From: Chloroflexota bacterium
Lineage (GTDB): Bacteria; Chloroflexota; UBA11872
DNA: 64,000 nt
Direction: 5' to 3'
Assembly (NCBI GenBank): GCA_965247475.1
Contig: OZ252016.1
Coordinates: 462,143 to 526,142 of the forward strand
Shown piece after piece: positions 26,045-34,152 of this stretch (positions within the stretch are counted from its first letter, which is position 1; the number at the start of each line of letters is the position of its first letter). A program made the position numbers and the translations under genes. Under the pieces are notes generated by a model. The model saw only the letters and a program-made list of their open reading frames with translations, searched no databases and was not told the DNA's origin.

Positions 26045-27634
26045 CTAGCGCTTCCCCCAGCCCCCGCCGCCCGGCGTCTCGACGCTGACCGCGTCGCCGG
26101 CCTCCAGTTCGATCGCGGCCTTCCCGCCGATCGTGCGCCAGCGGCCGCCTTGCCGGACCCGGTTGCGACCGCGGCGCCCCGGCTCGCCGCCGCGCAAGCC
26201 CCACGGCGCGCGTCGTCGCCGCTCCGTCGCCAGCGTCAGCGTGCCCGCAGCGAGCGCTTCCAGATCGCGTCGCACGCCATCGCCGCCGCGATGCCGCCCG
26301 CGCCCGCCGGTGCCCTGCCTGACCTGGTATCGCAGCACCCGCAATGGATAGGCGAGCTCGAGCGCTTCGATCGGCGTGTTCAGCGTGTTCGACATCGCCA
26401 CGTGGATCGCCGACTGTCCATCGCCGCCGGGTCCCGCGCCGGCCCCGCCGGCGATGGTCTCGTAGTAGGTAAACGGCGCGTTGAGGCGGGGGTCGTGCCC
26501 TCCCATCAGCACGTTGTTCATCGTCCCCTGCGAGGCGGCCGGCACGATGTCGGGGATCGCCTGCGCCAGCGCCCCCCACACCACGTCCGCCACGCGCTGC
26601 GAGGTCTCCACGTTGCCCGCCGACACCGCGGCCGGCCAGATCGGGTTGAGCAAGCTTCCTTCCGGAACCCGGATGTCGACCACCTCGAACGCCCCGTCGT
26701 TCTGGGGCACGTCGGCGCCAACGAGACAGCGGATGACATAGATAACCGCGGACCGGCTGATGGCTTCCGGCGCGTTGATCGCGCCGCGCGCCTGCGCGCC
26801 GGTACCGGCGAAATCAACCCGCAGCTGGCCGCGCCGGGCGGTGATCGTCACTCTGATCGGAACCGGGTCGCCTCCGAGCCCGTCGTCGTCCATCGCATCT
26901 TCGAATCGGTACACGCCGTCGGGAATGACGCCCAGGCGCCGCAGCGCCAGGCGCTCGGTGTACGCCAGCAGGTCGTCCGCCATGCGGTGCAGCGTCGCCC
27001 CGCCGTACTTGCGCGTAAACGCGCGCAACCGCGTCTCGCCGACGCCGTGCGAGGCCAGTTGGGCCTCGAGGTCGCCGCGCCGCTCCTCCGGCGTGCGCAC
27101 GTTGTGGCAAAGCAGCTGGACGAACTCCTCATTCAGCGTCCCCGCGTCGACGAGCTTGAGCGGCGGGATCACGAAGCCCTCTTGAAAGATCTCCTTCGCC
27201 GGTGGCATCGAGCCGGGCGCCATCCCCCCGATGTCCGCATGATGCGCGCGCGTCGCGAGCCAGCCCCAGAGCGTCTCGCGGTCTCCGTCGGGAACGTACA
27301 CGGGTGACACCGTGGTGATGTCGGGGAGATGCGTCCCGCCTCGAAACGGGTCGTTCAAGATCACCACATCGCCGGGAGTTGGCGCCGCGCCCCCGTAGAA
27401 CTTGATCGCCGACCGCACCGACATGGGCATCGCGCCCAGGTGCGCCGGCACGTGCGCCGCCTGCGCGATCATCCGCGCGTGCTGGTCGAACACCGCGCAC
27501 GAGTGGTCGCGCCGCTCCTTGATGTTCGGCGAGTAGGCGCTGCGCTGTATGGTCACGCCCATCTCCTCGGCCACCGAGGCAAAGAGATGCCGGAACACCT
27601 CCAGCTCGAACTCGAGGGATCGCCGTCGCGCCAT
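26045..27634 (-). CDS. hyuB: Hydantoinase B/oxoprolinase family protein
   Basis: HyuB hallmark regions (DHSCAVFD, GGTHLPDITTVSPV, C-terminal GGGGWG); 529 aa. Confidence 0.85.
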   Translation of the reverse strand: MARRRSLEFELEVFRHLFASVAEEMGVTIQRSAYSPNIKERRDHSCAVFDQHARMIAQAAHVPAHLGAMPMSVRSAIKFYGGAAPTPGDVVILNDPFRGGTHLPDITTVSPVYVPDGDRETLWGWLATRAHHADIGGMAPGSMPPAKEIFQEGFVIPPLKLVDAGTLNEEFVQLLCHNVRTPEERRGDLEAQLASHGVGETRLRAFTRKYGGATLHRMADDLLAYTERLALRRLGVIPDGVYRFEDAMDDDGLGGDPVPIRVTITARRGQLRVDFAGTGAQARGAINAPEAISRSAVIYVIRCLVGADVPQNDGAFEVVDIRVPEGSLLNPIWPAAVSAGNVETSQRVADVVWGALAQAIPDIVPAASQGTMNNVLMGGHDPRLNAPFTYYETIAGGAGAGPGGDGQSAIHVAMSNTLNTPIEALELAYPLRVLRYQVRQGTGGRGRHRGGDGVRRDLEALAAGTLTLATERRRRAPWGLRGGEPGRRGRNRVRQGGRWRTIGGKAAIELEAGDAVSVETPGGGGWGKR

Positions 27635-27723
27635 GGCGTGAAGCGTATCCGACCCGAGGTGACCGACCTAGCCGAGGTCCCCGCCGCTCGTCAGCGCAGG
27701 TCCCCGCAGCGGCCTCCGTGTGA

Positions 27724-27936
27724 TGTCATTCCGAGGCGCAGCCGAGGAATCTCATGGCCACCGGAGCGGCGAAAGCCCGTCCTTCTGTGTTTGCCTGGGG
27801 CTGGGGCTGCTAGGGTCCCCGGCGGACGGCGGGGGTGACTCGGCCAGTCAGTCGCTGAGTCCATCGAAAGAATTTCACCGCGCCCCGGGCGTGTCTCCCC
27901 GTGCATCCTGAGCCTGTCGAAGGGTGCGCGGGTCGA
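27724..27936. repeat. REP-A composite element between hyuB and the GH-like gene
   Basis: gtcattccgaggcgcagccgaggaatctcatggccaccggagcggcgaaagcc ... ccccgtgcatcctgagcctgtcgaagggtgcgcggg. Confidence 0.7.
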
Positions 27937-27947
27937 CCCGGCGCGCG

Positions 27948-29660
27948 TCACCCGTCGGGCTCGACCGCCGAGTAGTCGGTCATGATCGAAAGGCGCTCGC
28001 GCGTGACCATGTTGTAGTCGCCCAGCCGCGTGATCACCATCTCGGACGGCGCCAGCGATGGCTCGCCGGCGCGCTGCCACGCCGCCAGCTCATCCTCGTG
28101 CCCCAGCCGCCGAATCGCCGTCCACGAGCGGCCGAGATCGTTCCGCGAGTCCGTGTCCCAAAAGGCGAGCTTGGGAACCCCGGCGCGGTACAGCTCCAGC
28201 GCGTAGCGGCGGAACTCCGCGGGCGGTTGCTGGCGCGGCATCACGCTCACCGCCAGCTCGCAGCTGGTCTCCCTCGTCAGGTCGACGAACCAGGCGATGT
28301 CCTCGAGATTCCAGCGGCCGCCGGACTTGGTCACCGAGTTGTCCGGGATCAGCATGTCGACCAGCCCCTCGGCGACCCACGTCTCCAGGTCCAGACCGTA
28401 GAACATGTTCTCGGCCTCGCTGCCCATCACCCACGCAGAGATCGGCACACGCTTGCCCTTGCGCGCGCCGATCTCGTCCATCGCCGCCCGCACCTCGCGC
28501 ATGAACGTCGTCAGCGCCGCGCACCGGTACCGCAGCCAGCGCCCGTCACGCTCATCGAGCGTGCGCGGGTCCAGGCCGGTCTCCGCCTCGAACCCCTCGA
28601 CCAGCGGCGCCTCGTACATCACGTGCGGCGGCTGGCGGTTGTGGAGCAGACACAGACCGTCGATGTCGTACTCGGCGATCTCCCGCAGGATCGATAGCAC
28701 GAGCCGTCGAACGCCCGGGAACGCGTAGCTCAAGCGCCCCACGTCGCGGCCGTCCCGATCGATGCAGCGCCATTCCGGATGCGTGTAGAACGGGCCGTCG
28801 AGGCTCCGCTCCTCCATGGGCGTCATGTCCATGAAGCCCATGTTCAGGCGATAGGCGGCGTGGAACTCCAGGCCCATCTCGCGAACGTATTCCACCGCCA
28901 GCTTGGGCGGGTCGATCCCCTGCGCCGCCAGCGACGCCCAGTTCTCCGAGGCGCGGCGGTCGATGACGCGCCCGCCTTCCCCGTCCGCGAGAAAGGACGC
29001 CCACGTGCGGCCGGTCTCCGTGGCGTACGCGCACACATCACCCATCGCGAACTCATAGGTGAGCCGCCCGAAATCGGTGTGCCGGTACGGCTCGACGTAC
29101 TCCCGAATGTCAGCGGCGGTGATGTCCTCCACCGCGAAGTACAGGCCCGAGGCGTCGTGGTGCGCGATTAGGCGCTTCGCATCCGCGCCGGCGCGGTCCG
29201 CCTCCACCGCCGCAACCTCATCCGCCGCCAGCGGAACCAGCTTCACGTACGCGATGTAGGCCGGCAGTCCGGCATCGCCCCGCCGGAAGACGATGTCCTG
29301 CCCGGTCAGGTCGGCGTTCCGCCAGAAGACGTCCTCGACGCGCGACACGAAGTTGCGCTCATGCGCGTAGCCGACGTGCAAGAAGCCTGGATCGCCGCTC
29401 AACCTCACCCGCGCGCCGGTCGGCCCGCTCCGCGTGTACATCCCGAGCCAGATCGAGTACCAGCCGTCCAGGTCGAGCGGGTACCTGACATCCGGCGGCG
29501 CCGTCTCCTCGCCCAGGACCAGCATGCGGCCGGCGAACTCGGTGGTCTCGTAGCGCCAGGCTTTCCACGTGTGTTTGGTGCGCAGCTCAGAGACCGCCGT
29601 GCCGGGGACGCATCGATCCAGGTCGTTGAGGTAGATCGTGCCGTCCGCGGCTCGGTGCAT
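27948..29660 (-). CDS. Hypothetical protein, putative TIM-barrel glycoside-hydrolase-like protein
   Basis: 570 aa with no signal peptide and Trp/Asp/Glu-rich strand-end motifs (WVMGSE, LAFWDTD, LLHNRQPPHVMYEAPLVEGFEAETG). Co-directional with the sugar permeases and last in the operon. The family assignment is tentative. Confidence 0.4.
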   Translation of the reverse strand: MHRAADGTIYLNDLDRCVPGTAVSELRTKHTWKAWRYETTEFAGRMLVLGEETAPPDVRYPLDLDGWYSIWLGMYTRSGPTGARVRLSGDPGFLHVGYAHERNFVSRVEDVFWRNADLTGQDIVFRRGDAGLPAYIAYVKLVPLAADEVAAVEADRAGADAKRLIAHHDASGLYFAVEDITAADIREYVEPYRHTDFGRLTYEFAMGDVCAYATETGRTWASFLADGEGGRVIDRRASENWASLAAQGIDPPKLAVEYVREMGLEFHAAYRLNMGFMDMTPMEERSLDGPFYTHPEWRCIDRDGRDVGRLSYAFPGVRRLVLSILREIAEYDIDGLCLLHNRQPPHVMYEAPLVEGFEAETGLDPRTLDERDGRWLRYRCAALTTFMREVRAAMDEIGARKGKRVPISAWVMGSEAENMFYGLDLETWVAEGLVDMLIPDNSVTKSGGRWNLEDIAWFVDLTRETSCELAVSVMPRQQPPAEFRRYALELYRAGVPKLAFWDTDSRNDLGRSWTAIRRLGHEDELAAWQRAGEPSLAPSEMVITRLGDYNMVTRERLSIMTDYSAVEPDG

Positions 29661-29673
29661 GTCCGGCGACCGC

Positions 29674-30588
29674 TCAGGCTTTGATGCCGGTCAGCGCGAT
29701 GCCTCGCACGAAGTGCTTCTGCGCGAAGAAGAACACAATGACGATCGGCACCACCGACACCATCGAGGCCGCCATCAACATCTGGAACAACGTGCCGTAC
29801 TGCGAGCGGAACCAGCGCAGCCCGACCGCCAGCGGCAGGCGGTCGGGGGTGGAGATGAACACGAACGGCTCGAAGAAGTCATTCCAGATGTTGATGAAGT
29901 TGAACACGACCACCGTCGCGATTGCCGGCTTGGACAGCGGCACGATCACGCGGAACAGCACTTGCAGTCGATTGGCCCCGTCTACCCTGGCCGACTCGTC
30001 CAGCTCCACCGGCAGCGTGAGGAAGAACTGCCGCAGGATGAAGATGAAGAACGGCGAGCCGAACATGTTCGGGATGGCAACCGGCCAGATCGTATCCAGC
30101 AGATTGATCTCCTTGAACATCACGAACTTGGGAATGATCGTCACATGCCCCGGCAGCATCATCGTCACCAGCACCAGGATGAACAGCTGGTCGCGGCCCG
30201 GGAAGTGGAGGCGTGAGAAGCCGAACGCCACGACGATGCTCACCAGCGTTAGGCCGACCATGCCCAACATGACCAGATAGAAGGAGTTCAGGAGCCAGTT
30301 GCCGAACGGCCCCGTCTCCCACATATCGACGTAGTTCTCCCAGAAAATGGGATCGGGCCACCATTGCGGCGGACTGATGAACAGCTTGTCGGTCCGCATG
30401 AACGATGTCCGCAGCATCCACAGAAACGGGACGATGTACGCGAAGCTCCCGGCCACGAGCGTTGCGTAGATCAACACGCGAACGCCAACCCGACCGGCGC
30501 GAACGCGCAGCGAGCTGCGGCGCCGAACCGGACCCGTGGTCGCGTCCAGCGGGTTCGATGGCGCTGCGGTGACGGTCGGCTCACGCAT
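29674..30588 (-). CDS. Carbohydrate ABC transporter permease (MalG-like)
   Basis: EAA loop ESARVDGANRLQVLFRVIVPLSKPA; six transmembrane segments. Confidence 0.85.
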   Translation of the reverse strand: MREPTVTAAPSNPLDATTGPVRRRSSLRVRAGRVGVRVLIYATLVAGSFAYIVPFLWMLRTSFMRTDKLFISPPQWWPDPIFWENYVDMWETGPFGNWLLNSFYLVMLGMVGLTLVSIVVAFGFSRLHFPGRDQLFILVLVTMMLPGHVTIIPKFVMFKEINLLDTIWPVAIPNMFGSPFFIFILRQFFLTLPVELDESARVDGANRLQVLFRVIVPLSKPAIATVVVFNFINIWNDFFEPFVFISTPDRLPLAVGLRWFRSQYGTLFQMLMAASMVSVVPIVIVFFFAQKHFVRGIALTGIKA

Positions 30589-30600
30589 GTTGTCTCGCGG

Positions 30601-31560
30601 TCAGCGGCCGACCGCTTGCTCTCCTTCGTAGTAGACCCAGCGGCGGGCGAGACCGAACTGCACGATCGTGAAGAACAGGATGGTCAGCATCAGGACCCAG
30701 GCGATTGCCGACGCATACCCCATCTTGAAGAACTGGAACGCGGTCCAGTAGAGATACAGCAGCGTGAACAGCGTGGTGTCCGCCGGTCCCCCCTGGGTGA
30801 CCACCAACGCCGCGGTGAACACCTGGAACGACCCGATGACCGCCAGCACCAGGGTCAGGAAGATGTACGGGGACATCATCGGGACCGTCACGTGCCGGAC
30901 CTTGCCCCGCCAGCCGGCGCCGTCGATCTCGGCCGCCTCGTACAGGTGCTGCGGGATGCCCTGGAATCCCGCCAGGTAGATGATCATGGAGGCCCCGACG
31001 GTCCAATAGCTCATGAGGATCAGGCCGGGCAGGGCCCATGTGGTGCTCGCCAGCCATTTCGGCGCCTCGATGTCAAATGGCGTCAGGAAGACCTCGAGAA
31101 ACCCGTTGAGCAACCCCTCTTCCTGAAGGATCCAGTACCACAGCACCGCCGTCGCCACCCCGGCCGTAACCGACGGCAGGTAGAAGGCCGTCCGAAAGGC
31201 CGCCATTCCCTTCACCTTGCGATTCAGCAGGCCGGCGATGGAAAAGGCCAGCAGCAGCACGCCCGGCACGTGAAAGAACACATAGAACGCGGTGTTGTAG
31301 ATGCTGTGCACGAATCGACCGTCGGCCCCGGAGATCAGATCGACATAGTTGGAGGCGCCGACCCACTTGATGTCGCCGATCAGCCGCCATTCGGTGAAGC
31401 TCAGGTACAGCGAGAAGAAGAACGGACCGGCGAGAAACACCACAAACCCGATCAGCCAGGGACAGATGAACAGAAAGTTCAGGAACTCTTCCCAGGTCCA
31501 CCCGAGAGCCGTGCGGCTCTCGCCCCTCGACCTGGTGCGCCTGGCGTCAGTAACGGCCAT
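30601..31560 (-). CDS. Carbohydrate ABC transporter permease (MalF-like)
   Basis: EAA loop EAAEIDGAGWRGKVRHVTVPMMSP. Start at MAVTDARRT (31560). Confidence 0.8.
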   Translation of the reverse strand: MAVTDARRTRSRGESRTALGWTWEEFLNFLFICPWLIGFVVFLAGPFFFSLYLSFTEWRLIGDIKWVGASNYVDLISGADGRFVHSIYNTAFYVFFHVPGVLLLAFSIAGLLNRKVKGMAAFRTAFYLPSVTAGVATAVLWYWILQEEGLLNGFLEVFLTPFDIEAPKWLASTTWALPGLILMSYWTVGASMIIYLAGFQGIPQHLYEAAEIDGAGWRGKVRHVTVPMMSPYIFLTLVLAVIGSFQVFTAALVVTQGGPADTTLFTLLYLYWTAFQFFKMGYASAIAWVLMLTILFFTIVQFGLARRWVYYEGEQAVGR

Positions 31561-31706
31561 CAATAGCTGCCTGTGCGGGCTGGCTCGGATCGTGGACTCG
31601 CTGCGATAGGCGGCGATTGTAGGGACTTGCATCCAGTCCCGCACCAGCGACTGCACGTTGGCCCAACGGACCGCCCGCTGGGCTCGGCCCGGTCTGGCGC
31701 GTACGG

Positions 31707-33323
31707 CTAGTCAAGCACCTCAAACCCGAAGATCGTCGCCTTGCGCATTCGGAACTGCAGGACCACCGGCCCGAAGTTGGGGCCGTCGAGCGCGTTACCG
31801 CCGGCCCAGCGGACCGGCGCGTCCAGATGGTCGCCCGAGATAGGCCTCGCATCGTCGATCCCGCGACCGTCCTGCGCCTGCCCGCCCACCAGGTGACGCC
31901 CGGGATTCTGCTCCGCGTGCAACGCTGCCACCCGAACCTCGCCGTCGCTGGCGGTCTTGACGTTCACCTGCAGGCGGCGGCCATGCAGCCGCAGCACCGG
32001 CGTATGAAACTCGCCGTCCCCGGCGGCTTCGAGCCCCGCGATTCGACCCCGCGGCCACATCGCCCAGGCCGTCCCCGTCTTGGCGTTCGGCCCTGGGTGC
32101 TTGTGCGGTTTCGACGAGCCGCCGAACGGGATGCCGATCTTGTCGCCTGGCAGCTCCACCAGCCCCTTTGATGAGAACAGCGACGCGGAATCGAAGCTGC
32201 CCTCCGGTCCCGGCTCGACCACCGGATTGCCGGGAACCCAGTTCCAGGCCATGTCGTCCGGGCTCGCGGCCACGCCGATGGTGGTCAAGTCGGTCGCGCG
32301 GTCGTACAGCGTTGGGAACATGAGATGGGTGCTCGGGTCCCCCGGATAGGTCGCCTTGCCGCTCGTGTATAGATCGGTGGTCGCCGCGCCCGCCGGGGGC
32401 GCGGTGACCACCGGCGACGGCAGCGGCCAATCGAAGAAGTCGGGTGACTGCGCCCGCGCGATCGTGCGCCGGTCGAAGCTCCAGCCGCGCGTGTACCACA
32501 CGTACGCCTCTAGGTCCGGATTCCAGTCGACCGAGTTCTTCGTGTCGCTGAACGTGATCACAACCGGGTCAGGATGCGGCACCCACTCGATGCCGTCGTA
32601 TGAGGTCGCCACGAATATCGCGGCCGGGTCGCTCGGGTTGCTGCGATAGGCGGTCCACGGGTCCACCTGGTCGGGCCGCGCGCGCGACCATTCGCGCACG
32701 ACCTCAGGTGTCGTCGCACCCATATACAGCGACTTGTAGCGCTGGTGCGCGGGCGCGCGAGGATCGACGAACATCACCTCCCCGTGGATGCCGGGCGGCC
32801 CGGTGAGCTCGCGGCCAAACACGATGTTGGTGTCGGCGTCCTGCCAGCGGTAGAGCCCGAAGGTCGGCTTGCGCCACTCGAATCCGTCGTCCGACTCCGC
32901 GTACCCGACCAGCGCGCGGTAATCGGGCGGCCATGGCAGCGCCGCGGCCGCCGCCGGATCTCGCGCGTCCGGCAGATTCACGTGGTACCACATCCGGTAG
33001 AGCCCGCCGTCGCGGACCACGGCGCCGCCGCCGCAGGATTGCTCCCACGGCGCCGACGGCGTCAGGATCGGCTCGCTCCGTTCGGCCGGCTGGGCGCGCA
33101 GTTCGATTCCGTGCGGGACGGCCCAGTGACCCGGGCGGATCGCATCCGGATCGTCCACGCCCTCTTCCAGGCGGCCGCCGCCGTGCGGGTTGGTCGAGAG
33201 CGACCGGCCGCCCGCGCCCAGCCAGCGCACCCGGCCCGCGTAGACGTAGCGATAGTCCACGAACGGGTGATACCCCGCGGCGACATCGAACGGCGGCGCG
33301 CGGCCGAGCAGTGGGTCAGGCAC
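31707..33323 (-). CDS. Glycoside-hydrolase-like beta-propeller protein (paralogue of 12080-13564) with C-terminal beta-sandwich
   Basis: EPILTPSAPWEQSCGGGAVVRDGGLYRMWYH first-blade motif and GYAESDDGFEWRKP. Its C-terminal domain resembles that of the 12080-13564 protein. Confidence 0.5.
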   Translation of the reverse strand: MPDPLLGRAPPFDVAAGYHPFVDYRYVYAGRVRWLGAGGRSLSTNPHGGGRLEEGVDDPDAIRPGHWAVPHGIELRAQPAERSEPILTPSAPWEQSCGGGAVVRDGGLYRMWYHVNLPDARDPAAAAALPWPPDYRALVGYAESDDGFEWRKPTFGLYRWQDADTNIVFGRELTGPPGIHGEVMFVDPRAPAHQRYKSLYMGATTPEVVREWSRARPDQVDPWTAYRSNPSDPAAIFVATSYDGIEWVPHPDPVVITFSDTKNSVDWNPDLEAYVWYTRGWSFDRRTIARAQSPDFFDWPLPSPVVTAPPAGAATTDLYTSGKATYPGDPSTHLMFPTLYDRATDLTTIGVAASPDDMAWNWVPGNPVVEPGPEGSFDSASLFSSKGLVELPGDKIGIPFGGSSKPHKHPGPNAKTGTAWAMWPRGRIAGLEAAGDGEFHTPVLRLHGRRLQVNVKTASDGEVRVAALHAEQNPGRHLVGGQAQDGRGIDDARPISGDHLDAPVRWAGGNALDGPNFGPVVLQFRMRKATIFGFEVLD

Positions 33324-33382
33324 CGACCCTGACTTTCACGCGCCTGCCGCCGGTCGCGCGCGCGATGCCGGCGGGCGGCCGG

Positions 33383-33943
33383 TCAGCAATTGCCTTGGAA
33401 GCACGTAACCTCCCGGATGATCTGGAACGTGTATTCGAGGCGTTTCGCGGGCTCTCCCGTTCGCCGGGCGGGGTCGCGCTCCACCAGCTCCAGCACCACT
33501 TTGGTGGTGCCGCCTTCCGCCTGTCCGTGAAACTCCAGCACCTTCGCCGCTGTTGTCGGATCACCCAGCAGCCCGTCGGTCTCGAATGCCGGTTCGCCGT
33601 CCACCTTGATCCATTCGAGGTGGAAGGGGTCAGGCTTCTCCGCGAACCGCCAGCGCAGCGAGGAGGCGTCGTCGCCCTCCAGGATGATCTCCGTCCCCTT
33701 CTTCTCGAATAACCCGATGTCCCAAATGAATCGCTCGGTCACGATGACCTTGCCCGCATCCGCCTCGGTCAAGACCTGATTCGCCTCCAGCGGAAGGAAG
33801 GTTGCGGCCGAGCGCCGGGTGAGGTCGGTCTCGCTGGTGACGCTCTGGTCCGATCCGCCCTCGCCACAGGCCGCCAGCAGCGTAAGCGCGACGACCGCGA
33901 GCAAAGCGATCGGCGCCCATCCGCGAGAGGTACGACCAGGCAC
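33383..33943 (-). CDS. Secreted lipoprotein, paralogous family copy C
   Basis: Lipobox LLAACG. Core LEGDDASSLRWRFAEKPDPFHLEWIKVDGEPAFETDGLLGDPTTAAKVLEF..VVLELVERDPARR. Confidence 0.75.
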   Translation of the reverse strand: MPGRTSRGWAPIALLAVVALTLLAACGEGGSDQSVTSETDLTRRSAATFLPLEANQVLTEADAGKVIVTERFIWDIGLFEKKGTEIILEGDDASSLRWRFAEKPDPFHLEWIKVDGEPAFETDGLLGDPTTAAKVLEFHGQAEGGTTKVVLELVERDPARRTGEPAKRLEYTFQIIREVTCFQGNC

Positions 33944-34152
33944 GATGCCCGCTCCCCCTGAACCGAGCTGCGACGGTGGTCCGACCGCGATCGTATCAGG
34001 GCCGTTCGCCGACTTGCCGCGGGCCGGATCCTCTTGAGCGTGACCTCGGCGCCGAGGGTGGTCCTGGTTTGACTAGCGAGGCGCTAGCCACGGAGGCGTA
34101 GGCGGTCCGCTTCCCAAATGCGGCGCGCCCGCGGTTTGGGACCCCGTCCCGG

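Noticed and set aside
26045-29660. Whether the 570-aa protein at 27948-29660 could be the missing HyuA partner of HyuB
   Set aside because: It lacks the ASKHA-fold GGT(N)TD motifs of hydantoinase A. It has TIM-barrel-like Trp/acidic strand-end motifs and is co-oriented with the sugar permeases instead.
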